A stretch of DNA of 64,000 nt, from assembly GCF_004010195.1 (NCBI RefSeq), contig NC_057728.1, forward strand, positions 40,256,918 through 40,320,917. The letters are read 5' to 3'. Below are positions 1-13,669 of this stretch, piece by piece; positions within the stretch are counted from its first letter, which is position 1; each line of letters opens with the position of its first letter. Position numbers and translations under genes: made by a program. Under the pieces are notes generated by a model. The model saw only the letters and a program-made list of their open reading frames with translations. It searched no databases and had not been told where the DNA came from. This DNA comes from Chiloscyllium plagiosum (lineage: Eukaryota).

Positions 1-695
1 TTGTTTTTGTAGTCTTCCCAATCTTCTGATTTCCCAGTGCTCTTGGCCACTTTATAGGCGCTCTCTTTTTCTGTGATACATTTCCCGACTTCCTTTGTCA
101 GCCGTGGCTATCTAGCCCCTTCCCGGATAATATTTCTTTTTCTTGGGATGAACCTCTGCAATGCGTCCTCAATTACATCCAGAAACTCATGCCATTGTTG
201 CTCTACTGTCTTCCCCACTAGGCTCTGCTTCTATTCAATTTTCAACAGTTCCTCTCTCATGCCCCTGTATAATTGCCTTTATTTAACTGTAACACCATTA
301 CATCTGATTTTGCCTTCTCTCTTTCAAACTGCAGACTGAACTCTACCATATTATGATCGCTGCCTCCTTTGTGTTCCCTTACTTTAAGATCTTTTATAAA
401 GTCTGGCTCATTACATAAGTCCAGAATAGTCCTGTAAGCATTCCATGAATTCCCTTTCTTTGGATCCACTGGCAGCATTATCCGCCCAGTCCACCTGCAT
501 ATTGAAGTCCCCCATGGTCACCATGACCTTGCCTTTCTGACATGCCCTATCTATTTCCTGGTACATCTTGCGCCCCTGGTCCTGACCACTGCTGGGAGAT
601 CTGAACATAACTCTCATTATCGTTTTTTTGCCTTTGTGGTTCCTCAACTCCACCCACACAGATTCCACATCATCTGACCTTATGTCATTCAGTGA
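1..695 (-). mobile_element. CR1 LINE fragment, ORF2 apurinic-endonuclease (APE) region, decayed
   Basis: ORFs 411-713 and 257-478 carry APE motifs VESVWVELRN..., VTMGDFN and GGSDHNMVEF. Confidence 0.85.
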
Positions 696-2790
696 CCAAA
701 GAACAAAGAACAAAGAAAATTTATAGCCCAGGAACAGGCCCTTCGGTCCTCCAAGCCTGAGCTAATCCAAATCCACTGTCTGAACCTGTTGCCCAATTCC
801 TAACCATCTGTATACCTCTGCTCCCACCTACTTATGCATCTGTCCAGATGCATCTTAAATGAATTTACTGTGCCTGCCTCTACTACCTCTTCTGGCAAAG
901 CATTCCAGGCACTTACCACCCTCTGCGTAAAATAATTGCTGCGTTTCCACCCCTTAAACTTTTCACGTCTCACCTTGAAAGTGTGATCTCTCGTTATTGA
1001 ATCCTTCACCCTAGGAAAAAGCTTATCTCTATCTACCCTTCATGATTTTGTAGACCTCAATCAGGTCCCCCCTCAATCTTTTTTTTCTAATGAAAACAAT
1101 CTTAACCTCTCTTCATAGCTAGCACCTTCCATAACCAGGCAATATCTTCATAAACATTGTCTGCACCCTCTCCAAAGGTTCCACATCCTTTTGGTAATGT
1201 GGCGACCAGAACTGTACACAGTATTCTAAATGTGGCCGAACCAATGTCTTGTACAATTTTAACATGACCTGCCAGTTCTTATACTCAATACCCTGTCCAA
1301 TGAAGTCAAGCATACCATATGCCTTCCTGAACACTCTATCCACCTGTACAACAACCTTCAGGGTACAATGGACCTGAACTCCCAGATCTCTCTGCTCATC
1401 AACTTTTCCCAAGGCTCTTCCGTTTACTCTATAATTCGCTCTAGAATTAGAATTCCCAAAATGCATCACCTCACATTTGCCTGGATTGAACTCCAACTGC
1501 CACTTCTGCACCCAACTCTCCAGTCTATCTATATTCTCCTGTATTCTTTGACAGTCCCCTATGCTGTCTGCCACTCCACCAATCTTCGTGTCATCTGCAA
1601 ACTTGCTGATCATACCAGCAATGACCTCTTCCAGATCATTCATTTATATCACAAACAACAATGGCCCCAGCACTGATTCCTGTGGAACACCATTGGTCAC
1701 CTTTCTCCATTCTGAGAAACTCCCTTCAGCTACTACTCTCTGTCTCCTGTTGCTCAACCAGTTCTTTATCCACCTAGCTAGAACACCCTGCACACCATGT
1801 GACTTCACTTTCTCCATTATTTTACCATGGGGAACCTTAGCAAATGCCTTACTAAAGTTCATGTATATGACATCTACAGCCCTTCCTTCATCTATCAACT
1901 TGGTCACTTCCTCAAAGAACTCTATTAAGTTGGTAAGCACAATCTCCCTCGCACAAAACCATGTTGCCTATCATTGATAAGCCCATTCTTTTCCAAATAT
2001 AAATAGATCCTATACCTCAGTACCTTCTCCAGAAACTTTCGCACCACTGATGTCAGGCTCACTGGTCTGTAGTTAGCTGGAATATCCCTACTATCCTTCT
2101 TGTACAGGGAGACAACATGAACTACCCTCCAGTCATCCGGCACCTCACCTGTGTTTAAGGATGCTACAAAGATATCTGTCAGGGCCCCAGCTATTTCCTC
2201 TCTCGCCTCCCTCAGCAACCTGGGATAGATCCCATCCGGTCCTGGGGATATGTCCACATTAATAGCCTCTAGCCGACCCAACACATCTTCCTAACTTATG
2301 TCAACGTGACCCAGAGTAATCAAACTTCTACCTCTAATCTCACCATTCATCATGTCCCTCTCCTCAGTGTACACTGATGCAAAATAATTATTCAGAATCT
2401 CGCCCATTTTCTCAGGTTCGACACACAGCCTTCCTTCCTTATCCTTTAGTGGACCAATCCTTTCTCTAGTTATCTGCTTGCTTCTTATATAAGAATAAAA
2501 AGCTTTGGGATTCTCCTTAATTCTGCTCGCTAAAGTTAGTTCATGACCCCTTTAGGCCGCTTGATTCCTCATTTAAGACTGGTCCTACTCTCCTGATATT
2601 CTTCCAGGGCCTGTTCTGTTCTTAGCTGCCTGGACTTTATGTACGCTTCCCGTTTCCTCTTGGCCAGTCACACAATTTCTCTTGTCATCCATGGTTCACG
2701 AACCTTGCCTTTCCTATCCTTTGCTTTCAATGAGACATGCCTATTCTGCACTACCTTTAACCTATCTTTGAAAGCCTCCCACATATCAAA
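696..2790 (-). mobile_element. CR1 (HER1-like) LINE, 5'-truncated, RT region plus 3' tail
   Basis: RT motifs SPGPDGIYPR, NYRPVSLTS, GVPQESVLGPLLF, SKFADDTK and LVRPHLEYCVQFWSP across frameshifted ORFs; tail repeat (gaacaaa)n at ~698-718. Confidence 0.92.
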
Positions 2791-2799
2791 TTCCCTTCA

Positions 2800-3470
2800 A
2801 GTTCATCCTGTGTTCCATGAGATCTAACCTTGTTAACCAGTCTCCCAAGGCGTTGTCAAAAGCCTTACTGAAGTCCATATGGACAACATTTACTGCTCTG
2901 CCCTCATCAATCCTCTTTGTTACTTCTTCAAAAAAACTCAATCAAGTTTGTGCGACATGATTTTCCAAGAACAAAGCCATGTTGACTATCCATAATCAAT
3001 CCTTACCTTTCCAAATATATGCAAATACTGTCTCTCAGGATTCCCTCCAACATTCATTAATTCAGATAAATGTGAGGTGCTGCATTTTGGGAAAGCAAAT
3101 CTTAGCAGGACTTATACACTTAATGGTAAGGTTCTAGGGAGTGTTGCTGAACAAAGAGACCTTGAAGTGCAGGTTCATAGCTCCTTGAAAGTGGAGTCAC
3201 AGGTAGATAGGATAGTGAAGAAGGCAGTTGGTGTGCTTTCTTTTATTGGTCAGAGTATTGAGTACAGGAGTGGGGAGGTCATGTTGTGGCTGTACAGAAC
3301 ATTGGTTAGGCCACTGTTGGAATATTGCGTGCAATTCTGGTCTCCTTCCTATCAGAAAGATATTGTGAAATTTGAAAGGGTTCAGAAAAGATTTACAAGG
3401 ATGTTGCCAGGGTTGGAGGATTTGAGCTATAGGGAGAGGCTGAACAGACTGGGGCTGTTTTCCCTGGAGT
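2800..3470. mobile_element. Rearranged CR1 RT pieces: minus-strand 2800-3052, then plus-strand 3056-3470
   Basis: Plus ORF 3077-3487 (HFGKAN...LVRPLLEYCVQFWSP) abuts a minus-strand RT segment that repeats 3475-3722. Confidence 0.8.
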
Positions 3471-6400
3471 CTCCTTGTATTCCATGAGATCTAACTTTGC
3501 TAACCAGTCTCCCGTGGGAAGCCTTGTCGAACACCTTATTGAAGTTCATATAAATCAGATCTACCGCTCTGCCCTCATCAATCCATTTTGTTACTTCTTC
3601 AGAAAACTCAATCAAGTTTGTGAGACATGATTTCCCATGCACAAAGCCATGCTGACTATCTCTAATCAGTCCTTGCCTTTCCAAGTATATGTAAATCCTG
3701 TCCCTCAGGATTCCCTCCAACAACTTGCCCACCGCCAACGTCATGCTCACTGGTTCATAATTTCCTGGCTTGTCCTTACCACCTTTGTGAAAGAGTGGCA
3801 CCACGTTAGCCAACCTCCAGTGTTCCAGCACCTCACCTGTGACTATCAATGATACAAATATTTCAGCAAGGGGCCCAGCAATCACTTCCCTAACTTCCCA
3901 CAGAGTTAGGTCCTGGGGATTATTCCACTTTTATGTGTTTCAAGATATCCAACACTTCCTCCTCTGTAATATGGGCATTTTTCAAGACATCAATACCTAT
4001 TTCCCTACATTCTATATCTTCCATGTCCTTTTCCACATTAAACACTGATGCAAAATACTCATTTAATATCTCCCCCATCTCCTGCAACTCCACACAAAGG
4101 GCGCCTTGCTGATCTTTGAGGGGCCCTATTCTCTCACTAGTTACCCTTTTGTCCTTAATGTATTTGTAAAAACACTTTGGATTCTACTTCTCTATTTGTC
4201 AAAGCTATGTCATGCCCCCTTTTTGCCCTCTTGATTTCCCTCTTAAGTATACTCCTACTGACTTTATACTCTTCTAAGGATTCACTCAATCCATCCTGTC
4301 TATCCCTGACATATGCTTCCTTCTTTTTCTTAACCAAACCCTCAATTTCTTTAGTCACCCAGCATCCTCTATACCTACCTTTCACCCTAACAGGAATATG
4401 CTGTCTCTGCAACCTCGTTATCTCATTTCTGAAGACTTCCCATTTTGCAGCCGTCCTTTTTCCTGCGAACATCTGCACCCAATCAGCTTTTATAAGTTCC
4501 TGCCTAATACAGTCAAAATTGGCCTTTCTCCAATTTTGTACTTCAATTTTTAGATCTGGTCTATCTTTTTCCATCACTATTTTAAAACTAATAGAATTAT
4601 GGTCACTGGCCCCAAAGTGTTCCCCCCCTGACACCCTAGTCACCTGCCCTGCCTCATTTCCCACAGTCAAGTTTTGCACCTTCTGTAGTAGGTACATCCA
4701 CATACTGAGTCAGAAAGTTTTCTTGTTCATCCTTAACAAATTCCTCTCCATCTAAACCCTTAACACTATGGCAGTCCCAGTTTATGTTTGGAAAGTTAAA
4801 ATCCCTTCCATAACCACCCTATTGTTCTTACATATAACTGAGGTCTCCTCACAAATTTGTTTCTCAATTTCCCTCTGACTATTAGAGGGTCTATGCTACA
4901 ATCCCAATAAAGTAATCATCCCTTTCTTATTTCTCAGGTCCACATAAATAACTTCCCTGGATGTATTTAAGGGAATACCTTCCCTCAGTTCAGCAGTAAT
5001 GCTATCCCTTATCAAAAATGCTATTCCCACTCCTCTCTTGCTCCCCTTTCTACCCTTCCAATAGCATTTGCATCCTGCAACATTAAGCTGCCAGTCCTGT
5101 CCATTCCTGAGCCACATTTCTGTAATTGCATTGATATCCCAGTCCCATGTTCCTAACCATGCCCTGAGTACATCTGCCTTTCCTGTTGGGCCCCTTGCAT
5201 TTAAATAAATGCAGTTTAATTTATCAGTCCTACCTTGTTCTCTGCTTTAGCCCTGCCTGCCCGGACTGTTAGACTTGCTTCTTTTCTCAACTGTACCAAC
5301 CTCAGATTGATCTCTTTCCTCACTATCTCCCTGGGTGCCCCCTCCCCCACCTCACCTTACTAGTACCCTTCCAATTGAGGTGAAATCTGTCTTGTACAGG
5401 TCACTTCTATCACAGAAAAGATTCCAATGATCCAATAATGTGGATCCTTCTCCCATATACCAGCTCCTCAGCCATGCATTCATCTGCCCTAAACTCCTAT
5501 TCCTACCCTCACTAGCTCATAGCATCGGGAGTAATCCAGACATTATCACTCTCGAGGACCTCCTTTTAAAATTTCTGCCTAACTCTCTGTATTCTCCCTT
5601 CAGAATCTCAACCTTTTCCCTTCCTATGTCGTTGGTTCCAATGTGTACAATGACCTCTTGCTGGGCCCTCTCCCCCTTGAGAACATTCTGCACCCTCTCT
5701 GAGACATCCTTGATCCTAGCACACACATTGTCTGTGCCTCAGACTAGCAAGCACAATCGAGCTCTTAGAATCCGATGTACCCCTCATTGCATTAGCGCCA
5801 GTCTCATTACCAGAAACTTGGCTGTTCGTGCTACATTCCCCTGGGAATCCATCACCCTCTACTTTTTCCAAAATAGCATACTTGTCTGAAATGGTCATAG
5901 CCACTGAAGACTCCTGCACTACCTGCCTACTTCTCTTACCTTTCTCGGAGTTAACCCATCTTTTCTCCCTTCCTATAACTGCAAACCATCACACCCCCTT
6001 GCTCTTATAAATCCCACCCTCCTCTCACTTATCTCTCCACCCTTCAGGCTCTCTGACTGTATTCCTGATGAAGGACTTTTGCCCGAAACATCGATTTTAC
6101 TGCTCCTCGGATGCTGCCTGAACTGCTGTGCTTTTCCAGCACCACGCTAATCTAGACTCTTGTAAATTCCTCATTGCCTCTAACTGTTGCTCCAACCGTT
6201 CCATTCAGTTTGATAGGATTTGCAACTAATGACATTTATTGTAGATATAATCCTCTGTAACACGTAAACGCTCTCTAAACTCCCACATCTAACAAGCAGC
6301 GCATATTACTCTATTAAGGGCCATTTTTGCTTCATCCAATCCACAGACCCAGAAAACAACACCATTTTATTCCTCTACAAAACACTGCTCCTGCTAACTT

Positions 6401-6660
6401 AATACTTATGACTTATAATTTTAAGTTTAATCAAGAGATATACCTCAACAAAACATATAATCAAGAAATAACCCACTCTATTCACTACTGCAGACTCCCC
6501 AGGACCACATTTAAAACTATTCACTCATCTGTCTCTGTGCTGTGACCTCTCCCAAACAGGTTCCTCCAAGATCAGTTGTGAGTTTCACTGTTTGTTAATT
6601 TTCCCAGATGCACTCCGATGTCCAGCAATACATGAATTCAATACAAAGGCAGTAACTGTG
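3471..6660 (-). mobile_element. CR1 LINE 5' part: probable 5' UTR, ORF1 (SGNH esterase-like), ORF2 endonuclease and RT N-terminus
   Basis: ORF1 relic EVIVHIGTNDIGR...VIMSGLLP (5517-5726); GVGIAFLIRD (4896-5117); GEHFGASDHN (4155-4703); QHGFVHGKSCLTNLIEF (3427-3885). Confidence 0.88.
5960..6160 (+). mobile_element. Penelope-like element 3' fragment inside CR1 ORF1, with hammerhead motif at 6065-6092
   Basis: CTGATGAAGGACTTTTGCCCGAAACATC followed by the ctgctcctcggatgctgcctg...cttttccagc tail also found downstream of the GIY-YIG ORF at 52421-52510. Confidence 0.8.
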
Positions 6661-6818
6661 CAGGTTCATCTTTGGACTGTGGGAGGAAACTGGAGCACCC
6701 ACACAGATACAGGGAGAATATGTAAATTCCACGCACTCAGTTACCCAAGGCTGGAATTGAACCAGGGTCCCTGATGCTGTAAGGCAGCAGTGTTAACCAC
6801 TAGCCACCAAGCTGCCCT
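6660..6818 (-). mobile_element. HE1-like tRNA-derived SINE, 5' part
   Basis: Reverse complement of ggtggctagtggttaacactgctgcc...ggttcaattcc...gggtgctccagtttcctcccacagtccaaagatg. Confidence 0.8.
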
Positions 6819-7144
6819 TACATCCCACTTCCCATTCATCCCATAGTCTCTTTGGGTTAATATTTATTTCCAGGCAAATACTCAATCCCCAAACCACATG
6901 CTACTAAATGGCAACAGAGAGGGCACTAAGTCAATGTTGCATTGCCTACTTTGCATGTAATTGACAGGTACTGACTGTGCTTTGACCTTAGGAAAATGTA
7001 ATCTGGGATGCCTTACCCCATGGGTCACATGCACCTCAGACCTCATGCGTATTTTGGATATCAAACAGCACCTGTGGGCCCAAATCATCAAGTACTACTG
7101 ATGTGAATTGTGTGTTGTGCTTGTCTCAGTGAGAGTTGTTGAGA

Positions 7145-7490
7145 CCGCCTTTCTGACCTATCACCTTTACCCCTACCTCTATCTACTTATCGTACTCTCA
7201 GCTACCTTCCACCCCAGCACAACTCCCCCCCACCCCCCCCCCCCCCCCACAGTCGTCATTTATCTGTCCACTCAGCCCTCAAGCCTCATTCTTGTACAAA
7301 AAGTCAATTCTCCTGCTTCTCGGATGCTGCCTGTTCGAGTACCCCGTTGACTTATCTCCAGCATCTGCAGTCCTCACTTTCTCCACTTTGAATTCTCCTG
7401 TTTTCTCTCCACAGATACCTGTCCTGCTGAGTTTCTCCTGCAATTTCTACCTTTTTTTGTTTCAGATCCCCATTTTGTTTTATTTCTAAA
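7145..7490 (+). mobile_element. Penelope-like element 3' fragments
   Basis: C-rich tract, then ctcctgcttctcggatgctgcctg and ctccagcatctgcagtcctcac, the PLE tail seen elsewhere in the window. Confidence 0.65.
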
Positions 7491-8429
7491 TCTGTCGGGG
7501 ATTATTATTTAAGATAATGGTAATCCAAACTTTAAGGTTAAATCCTCTTAATTTCATAAAGTAATTCGCTGAGTAGAATTAAATTGCGTCAGTAGTTATG
7601 TGTTCTCCCCAAATTAAATTTATTATTTTCATTTCTAATTTGAGGGAGTCTGCCATGAATGTTTACATGTTGCACAGATATCACAAAATTAATTGAGCAA
7701 GCACTTAACTGAAACATCCAAGATTTGATTACTTTGTTTCTCACATAGATTCTGTTATTGGTTAATGTGTCAGATGCTTTCATTCCATAGATTTTATTAT
7801 AATATAGCTCACCATCTGCCAAGTATTAATATTAATAACAATGTTTTTAAAACAGGAAGTGAGATTGATGACCACAATTGCTGCAATTGGACACACAATT
7901 TGTTTGGGGATATAGAACCATCCTGAAAACTCTTGCAGTTTGTTTTACTTTATTTGGTTAGTAGGGACTGTCTTAATGTCTAATAATTTAGCATTTTGCT
8001 TTGTGAAAAATAATTTTGGCATGAATAGAACTAGCAAATAACAGAAAATTATACCTGGCTTGGAATTCATCTCAAAATGATCGATAAACTGAAATAATCA
8101 ATACCAAAGGTGTCCAGCCCCTCTTTCTCTGGTTATTTAATTGTGGAGTACTCTTGACTACATGTGTGTTTTTTTTGCTTTTAGTTAGAAGCAAATGGAA
8201 TTTGATTTGGCTCCTATTATTGGGCTAATCAGCTCCTGGCCTTATTTAGATAATCAAATGCAGATCTTTGACCCATATGAGTAGGAGCACCAAAATAAAA
8301 ATGGACAATTAAAGTATACTTATGAGTGTATCAGTTTACATGTTTGTTTTAACGTACATCCTCCCTGCCTAATACTTAATAAAATAAAAATACAAAGTAA
8401 AGTGGCTTTGGAAGTAGAAAGAGAAAGAA

Positions 8430-8712
8430 AGGTTTAGGGTGAGTGGGGAAAGATATAAAAGGGGACTAAGGGGCAACTTTTTCACACAGAGGGTAGTACA
8501 GGTATGGAATGAGCTGCCAGAGGAAGTGGTGGAGGCTGGTACAATTGCAACATGTAAAAGGCATTTGGATATGTATATGAATAGGAAGGGTTTGGAGGGA
8601 TATGGGCCGGGTGCTGGCAGGTGGGACTAGATTGGGTTGGGATATCTGGTCGGCATGGACGTGTTGGACTGAAGGGTCTGTTTCCATGCTGTGCATCTCT
8701 ATGAATCTATGA
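8430..8712 (+). mobile_element. CR1 LINE 3' end
   Basis: GNFFTQRVVQVWNELPEEVVEAGT plus tail ctctatgaatctatgact. Confidence 0.88.
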
Positions 8713-11700
8713 CTGGTTATGTGTGGAGTTACACAGTTGTTTCCTTGTTCACGCAAGTTCCAGATATTCTGTAGAGGGCGCAGTGCTATTTTGGATTTCT
8801 AATGACCACAGGTTATAGTGCAAAAGCCCACAGAAAGCCTGTGGGTGCATAGAAGTACAGTGTCATGCTGTTCATGTGCTAATGACTGCAAAATCCAGGC
8901 TTCTGTTTGCAACAAAACACATTTTATGTACTTTTCCTCAATTTCATTTGATATAGGAAGCATAATATAAGTCCAGCAAAAAGTTATAATGTATTAGTTT
9001 ATGTTGCTGCTAAAAGAGTAACACAGCTCAAATGGTGAACTCTAGTGATAACAATGTTACATAGCTTCACCGTTTCTATCCAAATAATCATCCAATATCT
9101 TCTTGAATGCCTCAACTGAACTTGCCTCCACCACATTTCCAGACAGTGCATTCCATTCTCTGACTACTCACTGTGTGAAAGAGTCTTTGTTTTCCATTAC
9201 CCTTGCTTTGTTTGTACATCACTTTAAAAAGATAAATGCTACTGAAATTGCATTGATTGTATTTTAAAGAATGACAAAAGATCTATCTGTACGAAAACAT
9301 CAAACAACTCTGAATTTCTTCAAAAAATGATCATATATTATGCTTGAATCTGATGAGCAAATTTGGTTCAATGAGAACTACATGGCATGGCTGCTATTGT
9401 GCCAGTGGCAGCTCTCCACAGCCTTTCGAAGCTGCAGCAACTCTTGCAGATGTGAGCTGAAGATGTGTAATAATTTCCATTTGTAGGAGTTCTACAATGT
9501 GGTGAGATCGCTGATAGCCTGAGTTTACATCTTCATACACTGGGCTGAGCTTGATCGAAGCAATAGTGTGGAATGTTTAAACAAACCAACAATGTAAAAC
9601 CCACAATGATTCAGTGTCCAGGAGTGGAACAAAATTGCAGCCATGATGTCCAGCATAGTTAGTACTAGCCCATTAATCTTGTTGTCAACAACATTGTCAA
9701 ATCAGACACCAAAATTACCAAATGAAATGGTGCTTTGAAGTCATTATGTCTTCTGACTTCTATTATGAGAGTTGCCATTGTCGGAAACAGTTTCATTGTT
9801 GGAAAGATGAGTAAATCTATACTTAGCCTAGAATTCAGCCCAAATAAGTGCACTTTCCCACATAACAATACATTTGCTTGCCTGTGTTATCTTTTCACTG
9901 CATTTTATATTTTGGAAAATTAACTTGTTTTTGTATCGTTGACATGGCCTCAGAATGTCTCAAGAGCTATGTTAATTATGAACTATCAACTATGAATTAA
10001 TTGCTGCTACAGCAGTCAATTTCATATGGCATTGTGCCACAGACTGCAAAGAGGTAAATGTTTTGGATGGAGATGATTGCAACAGAATGCAATGCAGGAC
10101 ACTTGCTGCTCTTTATCAGTGAAATGGAACCTTTCACACCCACCTGAACATGTAGATGTTTAATGTCACATCTATTAGATAATATCCCTAGCAATACAAT
10201 ATTTCCTCAGCACTATGGTTCAGTGCCAGCAGGACTATGTGCTCAAATCCTGGTTTTGACCAATCTATCATTAGAGTGTGTGATGACTGAAAATTTTGCT
10301 ATCCACTCTGAGTATCTGCATCAGCGGACATAATGCCAATGGAAACTCAGGACATAAACTGGGTCAATGGAAATTCTGATAAGCTGGCACAAGCTGCTTG
10401 TCACATCGCTTCGCCTCCACAATTTTCCTCCACTTACATTTTGGGCTAAAGTATGCAGGTAGGCCAATGACAAACCTACTCAGTAATAATGCTCCAACTA
10501 TACAAGCTACAACTGTGTGCTTCATTGAAACAAAGCAGATGTAATTTGAACGATTTTCTTTGAATTTCAAGATGCACATTTTGATTGTTAATTTGGAGGA
10601 TCAGGAGGTCACAAAATGGAGATAACTATTTTGTGATGACAAAAATAAAAGGCATTTGGACCAAAATGATGCAACCTTTATCCATTACATTGGACAGAAT
10701 GTTTCCATGGGCTTTGGGACCAATGCCAAATGGCTGTGAGCCAGACCAGAGGGAGCTGTTTTCCTGAATACCTCCTGACTGACAACCTTTGTTCTTCTTT
10801 ACCATTTAAGAATGATGTACAGACTCCCAATGCTGCTGGTCCAAATTACAGGGTCAGCAATGTGTAAGCCTTGGAAGTCCCACTGGTAGAGCTGGAAGCT
10901 TGGTTACTATGAAGGCGCTTCAAAATGGAAGGTTCCTTGAAAGCCTAGATTTTAAAATAAAATTTCAGAGGAACCGAACAGGAGGAGCCCTCAGAATACA
11001 GGCAAAACTCCTTTGGTAGCAGCATTTGGGCCATGGATACAGTCTTAGCTGCCCAGGACCCTCTTTGGAGTCTGGAGCCTTTGGCTCAAGGATCCCAGCC
11101 TGTCATGGGAAGCTACCTCTATTCAGGTGGAAGACTCCACATGTCACTTAAAAAATGCCAATGGATGCTTAAATCAACCCAAATTGGGACTGCAAGTACT
11201 TACATTATTTGTCTCTGGACAGCGGGCAGTATGTCTGCACTCAGCCTGGGAAACCCATAAGAATTGACACTGTTCTGAGGGAGGGCAGTTTGGATATACC
11301 TCCCTCCCACCTCTGAGGGCATCTCCGTTTCAAGTTAACTTTGCAGTCTCCAAAGTTCCTTTGAAGCATGCACATCTTCTGTTGGAACTACTGAGGCTTT
11401 ACAACTGCTGGCCTTCTCATTGGGCCAGCTACTCCTCCTGTCCTACTATCCTTAATAGGATGGGAAGAATCCTAATTTAAAATAAAAATTCAGAAGCACT
11501 CACCAAGAAGGCCTTCAGACTGCAAGCTAAACTCCTTTGGGGCACAGACTGTACCATTTTTGTTGCCTAAGAGCATTGTTATTATCAGAAATATGGCTTC
11601 TCTGAACTTGTTCTCTGTAAGTGCAGGCCTTGGATCCTCATTTGGTCCCATCATGGGGTCCTTGAAACCCATGGGAAAATCGAGCCCAGCATTCATGTGA

Positions 11701-12705
11701 GGGATCTTGGAATTTGACACTATTATTCCGTGGATGATTTCTTTGAGAAGACAAACACCTGACACCTTGGCCTCAAATCATCCTTGAATCAAAAGTAATT
11801 ATATACACATTTGAAAATGTTAAGTTGTCTGAAAGGCGATGATGAACACAATATATGCCAGTGTACCTCAGAAGTTTGAGCGGAAAGTCCAATAATCAAA
11901 AATTCACAAAGAATTAAAAAAAACAATACAGAATAAAATATGTGCTTGATCATTGTTCTGTTGTTAGAACTACCAACAAATAGTGACCAGATCAATATCT
12001 CTTACAAACAAAAGTTTTGACATCCTGGATGAACTGTGACTTCTGTAACTGAGTTTTTTTTTGTTAAACTGTATATTTTTTAACAAATATGGAATGTGCA
12101 TTTTTCAGTAAAAAATTCCGTTATGAATTAATAATATCTATTTTGATTAATATATAACTTTCAGAAATGCTTTCAAGTAAAAGTCCTTGGGTGCTAGATT
12201 AGCAGACCTTAAAACCTTTAAACGGTTTCATGTAAAGTTTAACCCTTTGTTTCACCTTGTTTTTTTGTGAATAAACATGACTCCACAATGTAGCATCTCT
12301 GTAAGAGTAAAGGGTTACCTTGAATTCTTTTGTAGGTGTGGACTGCCTAGAAAACTATCGTACCCACACGTAGCTTACTGGAAATGTCATCTGGTAGACA
12401 ATAAGGTTACCGTAAACAGTCAGTCAACATTGCAGTTAAAGTTGACCACAGACTCTGACATTACAAAGGTTAATGGCTGCAGACACAAAAACTGACAGGA
12501 AGCAAACTGAAATGCACCACAATTGTGTGATATTCATAGAATGTACACTTTGGACAAATCATTCAACATTCTTAACATTCTGAAATATACTGCTGAACGT
12601 TTTGAAATACACCAGTGAAGAACCTGTGTAGGTTACAAACAGATAAATGCAGATTGAAGTCAAGATGAACTGTAATGCAGGTTGAAGTCAAGACGAAATG
12701 CAAGT

Positions 12706-12980
12706 ACATTAGATTACTTACAGTGTGGAAATAGGCCCTTCAGCCCAACAAGTCCACACCGACCCATGACCCACCCAGACCCATTCCCCCCTGCCCCTAA
12801 TGCTACAGGCAATTTAGCATGGCCAATTCACCTAACCTGCACATTTTTGGGACGAAACCCACACAGACATGGGGAGAATGCACAAACTCCACACAGTCAG
12901 TCGCCTGAGGCAGGAATTGAACCCAGGTCTCTGGTGCTGTGAAGCAGCAGTGCTCACCACTGTGCCACCATGCTGCCCAA
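12706..12980 (-). mobile_element. HE1-like SINE
   Basis: tRNA-like head, central gtttgtgcattctccccatgtctgtgtggg, CR1-type tail gggctgaagggcctatttccacactgtaag. Confidence 0.88.
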
Positions 12981-13669
12981 TTGTAACTGCTAGATTTAGT
13001 TAATTGTATCTGTGGTGACAGACAGGCATGAGTACTAGACTGGTACCAATAGAGGCAATGTGCGTATTAACTGCTGGCCCACACTTTAGTACAAAACCTA
13101 ATCATACACCCAATGCAAATTCAAAACAGTTTCAAAATCTGACAGATTTTCCCAATTTTTCAATTATCTTCAATGTTAATAGCAATCAAAACTTATATAA
13201 ATGAACATTATATTGGAAAATAATTATTTGCATGATGAATTAACATTAATAGTCATGAGAATGCGAAGTAAAAAAGGTCTGAGTAGGTACTTTGGTATTT
13301 ACTGTTCTCTGTTAAACTAATTAGGTATGATGTTGGCAGCATCTACAAAAAAAAAGGACATGCAGCAAACAAATCAATTCAGAGGGAATATCTTCCAATG
13401 ATGCACCTTTGCTCACAGCTAAAGAGGTGAATCTTTGAGAGGCAGGTTCTGTGACAAGTGCTGTATATGAAGCTCCCAAGTATCGTTGTGGTTATTTTCA
13501 GTTTTGGCATCTGTTGCCAAGCCTTTGTTGCCACTTGTCATCGTGGTGGTGCACAGTGAAATAAGAAAGCTGGCTTTCAGAAGAAAAGATTGAGAACATT
13601 TGAATGTGACTTATTGTCAACATTTGCATTAAGTTTAAGTTTCCACAATCATGTGTGCTAATCTCACAA

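Noticed and set aside
1119..4755. Long ORFs (174, 182 and 192 aa) as host genes
   Set aside because: They are frameshifted CR1 ORF2 pieces or their antisense shadows.
9370..9560. Protein-like minus-strand frames (SHLQELLQLRKAVESCHW)
   Set aside because: Short, with no recognised homology and no convincing splice-site pair.
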